Assembly (NCBI RefSeq): GCF_000186885.1
Contig: NC_014972.1
Location: forward strand, 2,790,001-2,822,000
DNA: 32,000 nt
From: Desulfobulbus propionicus DSM 2032
GTDB taxonomy: Bacteria > Desulfobacterota > Desulfobulbia > Desulfobulbales > Desulfobulbaceae
Direction: 5' to 3'
Part shown: positions 16,730 to 24,210 of the stretch, piece by piece
How the letters are laid out: every line of letters begins with the position of its first letter
Position numbering within the stretch: the stretch's first letter is position 1
Made by a program: the position numbers and the translations under genes
The notes under the pieces: generated by a model
The model's input: only the letters and a program-made list of their open reading frames with translations
Databases searched by the model: none
What the model was told of the DNA's origin: nothing

Positions 16730-18175
16730 TTGGAGGGGCTTGAAGTGAGCGAAATTCAGTTTTCCGAAGCGCTATCCGGAACAAAAACGTCACGCATCGA
16801 CCCTGAGTATTTCAATAGAGCAGCCACCAAAACCCTGAAAATGATAAAGGGGACATTGCGGCTAGGGGATCTTGTTCAAGATGGTTATCGGGTCGTCTAT
16901 GAAACCACAGAGGCCATCGATCGGGAAGAAGGGGAACGCCTAGGCCTGCCCTATTTTCTGCAAAGCGCTGACATATCGACACCTTTCATCAATGCCAAGT
17001 CTATGGTTTGTGTAGCCCTTTCGGATTGGGAACGCTACCCAAAGGGGCGCATTATTCCCGGGGAGCTGCTTATCGAAGTCAAAGGCAAGGCAGAGAAGAT
17101 CGCTTTGGTTCCCGATGATTTTCCCAAAAATACGCTTGTGACAGGGACCTGTTTCAAGCTTACAACCAAGCAACGCGTCGATCAGTATTTCTTAGCAAGT
17201 TATCTTACTTGCCGTTACGGCCAAGCCCTTAAAGATCGGCTAAAAAGCAACTTGCTTGTAAGCTATATCGCAAAAGATGATCTTTACCGACTTCCCATCC
17301 CAGACCTCTCCCCTGAGATTAAGCTCAAGATTAAGTTTTGTTTTGACCGGTGCTTCGAGGCGCATGAAGAAGCTCAATCTTTAATGGACGAGGCCGAAAC
17401 CACGCTCCTTCGCGCACTCGGCTTAGAAAATTGGCAAGCTCCAGAATCTTTGAGCTATGTCCGCAACAGCCGCGATGCATTTGCTGCCGGGCGACTGGAT
17501 GCAGAGCATTTTCAAGAGAAGTATTATGCGGCAAAAACAGCCTTGATTAAAGCAGGCGCCAAGTGTTTTATCCCTTTCCCTGAACTGTTGGAGTCTTTGA
17601 CAAACGGGCATACCCCTCTACGTCACGATTTGAGCAAGGGTGAAGTTCCGTTCCTATGTGCAGAACACGTTAACGATTTCAATATCAAATTTGACAGTGA
17701 GAAACGTATCCTTCTTGAGCACCATGGAAAAGAACTAGCACGCACAGCCGTTCACGATGGTGATGTATTGCTCACTATCAAAGGAAGAATTGGAAATGCG
17801 GCTATCGCAGAAAACGTACCGGGAGCAGTCAACATCAATCAAGACGTTGCCCTACTTCGCCTCAATGAAACATTGCCTATTTGGTATATTGTTGCCTACT
17901 TGAATTGCCGTTTTGGAAAATTACAATCTGAAAAAATGGCAACAGGAGCCATTAATCCCTTCCTTGGTCTTTTTAGTGTCCGTCGGTTTGAAGTCCCTGA
18001 ATTTGAATATGAGACTATGCAAGAGATTGCCGACAGTACCCAATCGCTCGTTAAGTCGTCCCGCTCTGCTTGGCAAAAGGCATCTCAGTTTCTCGACACG
18101 GCTAAGCGTGCTATTGAAATTGCCATCGAAGAAAACGAAACAGCCGCGATGGCATATCTGGAGGGGGCTGTATGA
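16730..18175 (+). CDS. restriction-modification specificity subunit (HsdS-like)
   Basis: 481 aa with two repeated half-domains (DPEYF...VRFKGR-like halves; RLDAEHFQEKY...; LLTIKGRIGNAAIAENVPGAVNINQDVALLRL). GTG at 16745 with GGAGG upstream is an alternative start. Confidence 0.8.
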   Translation: MEGLEVSEIQFSEALSGTKTSRIDPEYFNRAATKTLKMIKGTLRLGDLVQDGYRVVYETTEAIDREEGERLGLPYFLQSADISTPFINAKSMVCVALSDWERYPKGRIIPGELLIEVKGKAEKIALVPDDFPKNTLVTGTCFKLTTKQRVDQYFLASYLTCRYGQALKDRLKSNLLVSYIAKDDLYRLPIPDLSPEIKLKIKFCFDRCFEAHEEAQSLMDEAETTLLRALGLENWQAPESLSYVRNSRDAFAAGRLDAEHFQEKYYAAKTALIKAGAKCFIPFPELLESLTNGHTPLRHDLSKGEVPFLCAEHVNDFNIKFDSEKRILLEHHGKELARTAVHDGDVLLTIKGRIGNAAIAENVPGAVNINQDVALLRLNETLPIWYIVAYLNCRFGKLQSEKMATGAINPFLGLFSVRRFEVPEFEYETMQEIADSTQSLVKSSRSAWQKASQFLDTAKRAIEIAIEENETAAMAYLEGAV

Positions 18176-18747
18176 GCGGAGACTACTATAAAGAGTGGCG
18201 TGCAAAGGCCGAGGTTGATTATTTCCCGCAATTGGTAGTTTTATGGCTTTCAACCAATTCGTGGTACCGATCTCACTACTCCGAAATCACAACCAAGCGC
18301 GACCGTGACTTTCTCAACAAGCTTCGAGACGATCACAGCACCAGGAACAAGCTTTTTACGAGGTTTGATAGGCTGCTCGGGTCTGCTGGCACCAAAGATC
18401 ATGCCGAACTGATCAGTGTCATCGAAGCGCTCTCATTCGCTTTAAATAGCGCTTTGCTCCTTTGGGAAGAGAATAAGGGCGACAGCGTAATCACCTTCGA
18501 AAACTGCCTGCTAGCGCTGAATCCCAAAATGTACGGCAGTCTCGTTGTCAAGAAGCGAGCGCCAGGTATCCGCATCAGCGACACACTCAAGCTTACCGAT
18601 GACAAATCTTCTCTTTTTAATGGGCTGCTTGAGATAATTTACCAGATCCGCTGCCACCTGGTTCATGGCCAACTGGAACCAAATAACGAGAACCATGAAG
18701 TGGTGAAGCATTGTTATCGTTTGCTGCATCTACTGATGCAGATTTAA
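18172..18747 (+). CDS. HEPN-domain-like protein, putative RNase effector
   Basis: 191 aa helical protein with C-terminal IRCHLVHG, matching the HEPN R-x4-6-H motif; ATGA overlap with the S gene stop. Confidence 0.6.
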   Translation: MSGDYYKEWRAKAEVDYFPQLVVLWLSTNSWYRSHYSEITTKRDRDFLNKLRDDHSTRNKLFTRFDRLLGSAGTKDHAELISVIEALSFALNSALLLWEENKGDSVITFENCLLALNPKMYGSLVVKKRAPGIRISDTLKLTDDKSSLFNGLLEIIYQIRCHLVHGQLEPNNENHEVVKHCYRLLHLLMQI

Positions 18748-18807
18748 AACGGAAAAGATTCTGACTGCATTTCTCCACCCCCAAATCCTTCTATCAACGA
18801 GCAAGAA

Positions 18808-19710
18808 ATGGAAATAACCGTTCAGGCTTTTGAACTGAAAACAGGAAAAGGAATTTCTCTCCAGCATTTTGGTGACCACCTCAAAACTCTGTCGGTGTCG
18901 TCTGTGAAGAACAGGTACATCTATGTTGATCGGACAGATGGATGGTGGCACGGTTTGCTGTTGACGGCTCGAAATATAAAAGCCTTTGCACGGATGGAAC
19001 GACAGGGGGGACGGGTTATTTTAAGCCCGGAATCTATTAAAAATGGGGAACTTGCACATTTTAATTTTTTCTTAGTGCACGAAAAGTTTGGGAGAGGATT
19101 ATATCAGTATTATCACGGATCATCCTCTGTCCATGGATTTGCACAAGTATTGAAGCAACATTATAATGGATTTAAAAAGCAGTGTATCGAGAGAGATTGC
19201 CTTGCTGAAAATATTTTGGCAGATTCACCGCCGAAGAAAATAACTAAACGTTATGCCGGTTATCTGGTTTACCAGCTTGTTTTACGCAGAAAATCGTTCG
19301 AAGCTCTCATGAAAGAGCTTAGAGGAGTAAGAAAAGTCTCACTTCAGTTTGTTGAATATGAACCTCATCAGAGATTGTTTAGATCGCTTGCAGGCAAAGC
19401 GAAGGCAGTGCAACACAACCTTACATTTGGCAATAAATATGACGGATCCATCAGAGATGATCTAGTAGAGTTGGCAAACACCGATATTTTGAAGACATTG
19501 AGCGGAGTAGGTATTGACGATAACGATGTCGAACGGCGTTTTCGTTTACTGAATGAGCCTGAATCGCTTGGCAATTTCGATTTTAACGATATTGTCCTTT
19601 CAACTGAGTTCGACTCGGAAGATGTTCATTCGAGTCTTGAGCGAGCGCCTGTCCTCTCAAAAATGAAAACGATAGCCGAATCTGACAATTGGTTGATGGG
19701 TAAAATATAA
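18808..19710 (+). CDS. RexA-like soluble protein of a putative two-component phage exclusion pair
   Basis: 300 aa; YIYVDRTDGWWHGLLLT...SPESIKNGELAHFNFFLVHEKFGRGLYQYYHGSSSVHGFAQVL has a pattern resembling the RexA N-terminal half; followed 1 nt later by a four-TM gene. Confidence 0.45.
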   Translation: MEITVQAFELKTGKGISLQHFGDHLKTLSVSSVKNRYIYVDRTDGWWHGLLLTARNIKAFARMERQGGRVILSPESIKNGELAHFNFFLVHEKFGRGLYQYYHGSSSVHGFAQVLKQHYNGFKKQCIERDCLAENILADSPPKKITKRYAGYLVYQLVLRRKSFEALMKELRGVRKVSLQFVEYEPHQRLFRSLAGKAKAVQHNLTFGNKYDGSIRDDLVELANTDILKTLSGVGIDDNDVERRFRLLNEPESLGNFDFNDIVLSTEFDSEDVHSSLERAPVLSKMKTIAESDNWLMGKI

Positions 19711-19711
19711 A

Positions 19712-20236
19712 ATGGTCACTTTTATTCCATACATAGCGACTATTTTTGTATCCATTTGTTGTTGGTTTGCCCTGTTCAATTTACCTGATACGAATCGATT
19801 TTCTTGCCTCTACGATACAAAACTTCAGCTTGTTTTCTTTACTGCATTTCTCACTGTTGGCAGTTTTCTTCTGGCAATGAAGGCTTTTATCCTGATTCGG
19901 ATCCGGGATGATATTTATCGCCACGAAAAGTATAAAGAACGATATCTACTACAGTATGATAATCAGTATAAGGGAGATTATTATAAAGGGTTACTCGATC
20001 TGGGCAATTTGCTTGTTGTCAGTGTTGCCGGAGCCTTCTTTACGTCAATCGCTCAAATAACTATCGGATTCAGCAAAATATACCCTATAAAATGCATTGC
20101 TCCGTCACTTGTTGGCGGGATGCTCGTCCTCGTGTTGTTTGACTGGCTTTTTGTTTATCTCAATTTACGAGACTGGTTCGAATTTATCGAATCCGACATA
20201 GAGAAAGAATTGAAGGAAAAGAAAGAAACTCTTTGA
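19712..20236 (+). CDS. four-TM membrane protein, putative RexB-like/effector partner
   Basis: 174 aa; four hydrophobic stretches: YIATIFVSICCWFALF; LVFFTAFLTVGSFLLAMKAFILI; LGNLLVVSVAGAFFTSIAQITIGF; APSLVGGMLVLVLFDWLFVYL. Confidence 0.5.
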   Translation: MVTFIPYIATIFVSICCWFALFNLPDTNRFSCLYDTKLQLVFFTAFLTVGSFLLAMKAFILIRIRDDIYRHEKYKERYLLQYDNQYKGDYYKGLLDLGNLLVVSVAGAFFTSIAQITIGFSKIYPIKCIAPSLVGGMLVLVLFDWLFVYLNLRDWFEFIESDIEKELKEKKETL

Positions 20237-20354
20237 GGAATGTTCATTACGCAGAGCCGTAGTTCAATTTCACACCTCACCTAAAACATTAACAATTGTG
20301 CGCTCAAACTCTGCTCCACTGATTCAGAGCGCCAATACCTTCAGCCTTGATTCC

Positions 20355-20675
20355 TCAAAACAACCGCAACTGCCGTCCATCCGACCGCCCCAATATATTC
20401 CAGATCTGCCGTTCCTGGAGCCCATACTTGCGGGCCAACTCAACCCCCGAATACTTACCCGTATCATAGTCGCTGCGAATACACCGGTCCCGCCAACTAC
20501 GAGTCCAGGTCTTCCAGCCGTAGATTCGCACCGGGGTGCCGTCAAAGCGTTGGGCCAACTTGAGGGCGTTGCCAATGCCGATCAGCTCGGCAATGGTCCG
20601 CATGTCGCCGTTCAATTCCTCCAGCCGGGGCCAGGCATCCGGCGGCAGATCGATGATTTCGTGGGGCCTGCTCAC
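20355..20675 (-). CDS. Mor/C-type transcription activator of the Mu family
   Basis: VSRPHEIIDLPPDAWPRLEELNGDMRTIAELIGIGNALKLAQRFDGTPVRIYGWKTW...IRSDYDTGKYSGVELARKYGLQERQIWNIL; GTG start overlaps the GemA stop (GTGA). Track start 20756 is probably too long. Confidence 0.85.
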   Translation of the reverse strand: MSRPHEIIDLPPDAWPRLEELNGDMRTIAELIGIGNALKLAQRFDGTPVRIYGWKTWTRSWRDRCIRSDYDTGKYSGVELARKYGLQERQIWNILGRSDGRQLRLF

Positions 20676-21130
20676 TTCTTTTGCGTCCCTTGCGTCTTCA
20701 ACCGATGCTCCAGATCGGTGATCAGGATATGCAGAGCCTTGCTGTCCTCGAGCCACTCAAACCGATCCACGCCGAACTGCTTTTTCACCCTGGCGTGGAT
20801 TTTGTTGATGTCGTAGCCCAAGGCGTGCCACAAAGCCAGCACCTTGCGTTGCTGCTTTGCCGCTGGGCCGGGCTTGATTTCCAGATACTGGCCATCGGTT
20901 TTTCGTTGTTGCTTTTGCCCATCAAAGCGTGGCTGCCAGCCCTTGGCTTTGAATAGATTGATCAGATCCCTGGCTTGCCGCTCGTTCAGTTCCTTGGCCG
21001 AGTCCACCTGAAAATAGTGATGAAGAATATCGCGGTAGGCTTCGTCGGTCAGGGCCAGTTCCTTCTTGGCAATGTGGATCCGGGCCAATGCACTGTTACT
21101 TGGCGTCATGTGGCTCTCCATACTGGGCAA
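20672..21130 (-). CDS. gemA: GemA/Mu gp16-like regulatory protein (DUF1018)
   Basis: 152 aa; ALARIHIAKKELALTDEAYRDILHHYFQVDSAKELNERQARDLINLFKAKGW. Confidence 0.88.
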   Translation of the reverse strand: MPSMESHMTPSNSALARIHIAKKELALTDEAYRDILHHYFQVDSAKELNERQARDLINLFKAKGWQPRFDGQKQQRKTDGQYLEIKPGPAAKQQRKVLALWHALGYDINKIHARVKKQFGVDRFEWLEDSKALHILITDLEHRLKTQGTQKK

Positions 21131-21629
21131 GGTATTTACGCATGATCTCGCTCATGCCTTCATCTGTTGGCTGCCGGCACACCCTGTGGCTTCCATCGAC
21201 CTCTTCTCTCCGCACCTGCTGCTCGTTCCGGGCATCGGCCTGGTCGGCCATTTGATACACAATGGTGCGAAGATAGTTGTGATTCTTCATCGGCAAGGTC
21301 AGGCTGGCGGCCTGCTCGAGCATCCGCTCCATGCCCAGCACCCATAACGATGGCGGACAAGGCCGATCAACCTTGCCCTGTTGCGAGACAAAACCTTTGC
21401 CGACCAACGCCAGCAATTCCCTGGTCAACCGCTCGCTTTTCGAGGGTTGCAGAGTGCAGCCGGAGGCCGGACGGAACAGGGAGAGATAGCGCAGGTAGGG
21501 TTTCTGCACCTCATGGGGCAGATCGGCAAAAAGGGCCAGGAAAGGGCCGAACTGTGCATCGTCCAGAAAGCAGGTAATCGGTGCCTTGTAGCCGCACCGG
21601 TGGCATCGTCCGTCATGGGGCATGGTCAT
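21096..21629 (-). CDS. phage hypothetical protein with N-terminal zinc ribbon-like CxxC
   Basis: 177 aa, MTMPHDGRCHRCGYKAPITCF...; overlaps GemA start. Confidence 0.6.
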   Translation of the reverse strand: MTMPHDGRCHRCGYKAPITCFLDDAQFGPFLALFADLPHEVQKPYLRYLSLFRPASGCTLQPSKSERLTRELLALVGKGFVSQQGKVDRPCPPSLWVLGMERMLEQAASLTLPMKNHNYLRTIVYQMADQADARNEQQVRREEVDGSHRVCRQPTDEGMSEIMRKYLAQYGEPHDAK

Positions 21630-21674
21630 AATTTATTATGCTGCTCATCAGACCCGGAGCGCAACCTCCGGATG

Positions 21675-21695
21675 ATCCCGGCCAGTGGCCGGGAT
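21675..21695. other. perfect hairpin, 9-bp arms
   Basis: ATCCCGGCC-agt-GGCCGGGAT; followed on the plus strand by TTCGCATTTTTT. Confidence 0.5.
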
Positions 21696-21706
21696 TTCGC
21701 ATTTTT

Positions 21707-22318
21707 TCACGCAATCCCAGAAAAATCCAAGTTCACCTGCCGGTACTCGCCCTTTTCATCGCGCTCATACACCCGGTAATAGGTGCAGGATCCGGTCACC
21801 GTGATCGCGTCCCCGATGGCCTCCATGGCCTTGATCCAGGTGGGGTGCTTGATATCCAGCTTGCGCAACCCGAGGATCCGCTTGGTGTTGATCTTGCCCT
21901 TTTTGTCGACCTGAAAGGCAGCTTCGATGAGGGTGCGCACCTCAGAACCCGAGTCCTTGGTCCACTCGCGGAGACACTCGTCGATCAGGGCCTTGGCGGC
22001 CTGAAGCCGTTCATCGAAATCCAGCCGCTCGGATACGTCCCGCAGCACCTTGTAACGGCCGTCAAAGGAAACCAGGTTGATGTTGCCCTTGACCCCGCCG
22101 AGGGTGACCCCGTACTTCTCGGCGGAAAGGTCGAGAAAAGCCTCCAGGTCGGTGGCCAGCTGTTTCTTGAATGTGGTTACCGTGGCGGCCAGATCCTTGG
22201 CCTTGTGCACCACCTCCTTGACGAACTCGTCCCGGGCCAGGTCGATCTCCTTGATCGACTCGATCGGCACCAGGTGGCCCACCGCGTTCCGCATGTAGCC
22301 GTCGGGTATTGCCTGCAT
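21707..22318 (-). CDS. DUF3164-like phage protein
   Basis: MQAIPDGYMRNAVGHLVPIESIKEIDLARDEFVKEVVHKAKDL...; internal ATG preceded by GGAGGAAAG; in frame with the upstream HTH region. Confidence 0.75.
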   Translation of the reverse strand: MQAIPDGYMRNAVGHLVPIESIKEIDLARDEFVKEVVHKAKDLAATVTTFKKQLATDLEAFLDLSAEKYGVTLGGVKGNINLVSFDGRYKVLRDVSERLDFDERLQAAKALIDECLREWTKDSGSEVRTLIEAAFQVDKKGKINTKRILGLRKLDIKHPTWIKAMEAIGDAITVTGSCTYYRVYERDEKGEYRQVNLDFSGIA

Positions 22319-22492
22319 GGTCTTTCCTCCGTAAACAGTTAGGACTTTTTCGCTGATCGCCTCCAGGGATCCGCTGTAATTATTGTTCAGCACCTGGGAG
22401 ATGGCGGCCGGGCTATACCCCAGCTTGCCGGCCACCGATGCCTGGCTGCCTTCAATCTGGACTGCTCTACGCAGCAAGCTGATCCAGTCCAT
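21707..22492 (-). CDS. HTH plus DUF3164 fusion ORF (longer product)
   Basis: MDWISLLRRAVQIEGSQASVAGKLGYSPAAISQVLNNNYSGSLEAISEKVLTVYGGKT joined in frame, without a stop, to the DUF3164-like protein. Confidence 0.55.
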   Translation of the reverse strand: MDWISLLRRAVQIEGSQASVAGKLGYSPAAISQVLNNNYSGSLEAISEKVLTVYGGKTMQAIPDGYMRNAVGHLVPIESIKEIDLARDEFVKEVVHKAKDLAATVTTFKKQLATDLEAFLDLSAEKYGVTLGGVKGNINLVSFDGRYKVLRDVSERLDFDERLQAAKALIDECLREWTKDSGSEVRTLIEAAFQVDKKGKINTKRILGLRKLDIKHPTWIKAMEAIGDAITVTGSCTYYRVYERDEKGEYRQVNLDFSGIA

Positions 22493-22829
22493 GGCCTTTG
22501 CTCTTGGTCTGGGTTCTAAAGGTATGCATTTCCCGGTAGTCATTGAGTTTCTTGACCGCCAGCTCCGCCGCCATGCCGATGGACAGCAGCGCCTTATGAT
22601 CGGGAGATGGCCCGGCCTCCTCGATCAGCTCATGCACTCGAAGCAGCTGGGTGATGGCATCGGTCCGAAAGCCGCTGAGGATCTTGTCCGAGGTCAGTTC
22701 CACCTGCAGGGCCTTGGTGGTTCGCATGATGGACAGCAGGTCGATGTTGTCGCCCAGAGTACCAATGCGCAGGTTGTGCACGTTCTTGCTGATCTCCGCC
22801 AAGCTCCGATTGATCCGTAATGCGTTCAT
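22467..22829 (-). CDS. Mu-like prophage early-region hypothetical protein
   Basis: 120 aa ORF in the co-directional, overlapping gene string. Confidence 0.6.
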   Translation of the reverse strand: MNALRINRSLAEISKNVHNLRIGTLGDNIDLLSIMRTTKALQVELTSDKILSGFRTDAITQLLRVHELIEEAGPSPDHKALLSIGMAAELAVKKLNDYREMHTFRTQTKSKGHGLDQLAA

Positions 22830-23410
22830 TCTCCTTCCTCCATGGTGGTGATGGCGTCCCGGGCCTTGGACAGGGCCTCGCTTGCCGATTGTAAACTCTG
22901 TATGGTTTGGTCGATCGCGTTGATCGCTTCGCGTTTCTTTCTTTGCCGGAGTTCGCGCAGCTTGGCCGCCTTGGCGTCATCCACCGGCATATCGACGGTA
23001 TCGTTGATCAATTGCCAGGTTGCGGGCAGGCCAGGCTGCTGCTGTTTTCGCACCACCTCCCGCTTGGCCAGGGTGGCCAGCCACTCCCGGGCGTAGTCCT
23101 TGGAGACCTCGGCCATGACCATCATGTCCTCCACCGTCACCCGTTTGCGCATGCGCAGGATCTGCCACATCACTTGGCGCTTGTCCGGTTGCTTGAACGC
23201 CTTCACCGGGCCATACACCCCCTGGCGGAACCGCTGTAATCTTCCGGCCAGGTGCAGATCGCTCAGGGTATTGAGCATCCGCTTATATTCCACCCTGGTT
23301 TTCAATCCGAGCTGCAGGGCAATGGCCTCGGTCGTCACTTCACCGTTGTTCCCGGCCGCCAGTTGCCATGCTGTCTCCAGCACTGTCCGCGAAAAAGATT
23401 CATGTGCCAT
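22826..23410 (-). CDS. Mu-like prophage early-region hypothetical protein, possible winged-helix domains
   Basis: 194 aa ORF; ATGA-type overlap with the next gene. Confidence 0.6.
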   Translation of the reverse strand: MAHESFSRTVLETAWQLAAGNNGEVTTEAIALQLGLKTRVEYKRMLNTLSDLHLAGRLQRFRQGVYGPVKAFKQPDKRQVMWQILRMRKRVTVEDMMVMAEVSKDYAREWLATLAKREVVRKQQQPGLPATWQLINDTVDMPVDDAKAAKLRELRQRKKREAINAIDQTIQSLQSASEALSKARDAITTMEEGE

Positions 23411-23413
23411 GGC

Positions 23414-24145
23414 TCACCCCTGCAAGCCGCACTTGCAGGCAATGGCGGCCAGTTCGGCGTCCACCTCGCCGGTCCGGCGCAAGCTGGTGGCGGCATGGGC
23501 TAGGTTGATGGTGTCGCGGCGGACGATCCGCAGATCGCCGCCGGCGGCCCGGTGCATGATCTCGGCCGCCGGGGTGCTCAGCTGCAGTCCGGTGCACTGG
23601 CTGACATACATGACCACATCCGAAGGGCTCACCGGCTCGAACTCCATGGCCCGATAGGTGCGCGACCAGACTCTCCGGTTTTGTTTCATCAGGTGCGGCA
23701 ACTCCTCTTCACCGATCAGGACCACGATGCCGCCGGTGATCTTGACCAGGTCGCGGATGATCTCGAGAAACTTCTGGCCGAACCGCTCGATTTCGTCGAT
23801 GAATACCGGTTGGTTGTTCGTGGTCATGGCCTCGATGATGGCATCGAAGCACCGGCCCCTGCGGCTGGGGATCTGGCGGATACCGAACTCCCGGCAGAGC
23901 TTCTGCAAAAAATCCAGCTCCGACCAGATCGACACCGTCTCGATATAGACACAGCCGTTTCGGGCCGCCCAGGTCTGGACAGTGCGGGTCTTACCCCGTC
24001 CGGCCCGGCCCCAGATGCAGCCCAACCGCTCGTCGCCTTCGCCTGCCCCGCCCTTGCCGATCATCAACCCCTGCATCAGGGTGTCGAACGATCGCACGTT
24101 TTTGGTCTGGACAAAAACCGGTTTGAATTTTACTGTTTCAGCCAT
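23414..24145 (-). CDS. MuB-like DNA transposition AAA+ ATPase
   Basis: 243 aa; Walker A GRAGRGKT, Walker B-like PVFIDEIE, IVVLIGEE. Confidence 0.9.
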   Translation of the reverse strand: MAETVKFKPVFVQTKNVRSFDTLMQGLMIGKGGAGEGDERLGCIWGRAGRGKTRTVQTWAARNGCVYIETVSIWSELDFLQKLCREFGIRQIPSRRGRCFDAIIEAMTTNNQPVFIDEIERFGQKFLEIIRDLVKITGGIVVLIGEEELPHLMKQNRRVWSRTYRAMEFEPVSPSDVVMYVSQCTGLQLSTPAAEIMHRAAGGDLRIVRRDTINLAHAATSLRRTGEVDAELAAIACKCGLQG

Positions 24146-24210
24146 AGGTCATTCTCCCCTGTGATCTATTCTTGGGTTGGATGAGGCCGGTGTTCCCGCA
24201 CCGGCCTTTT

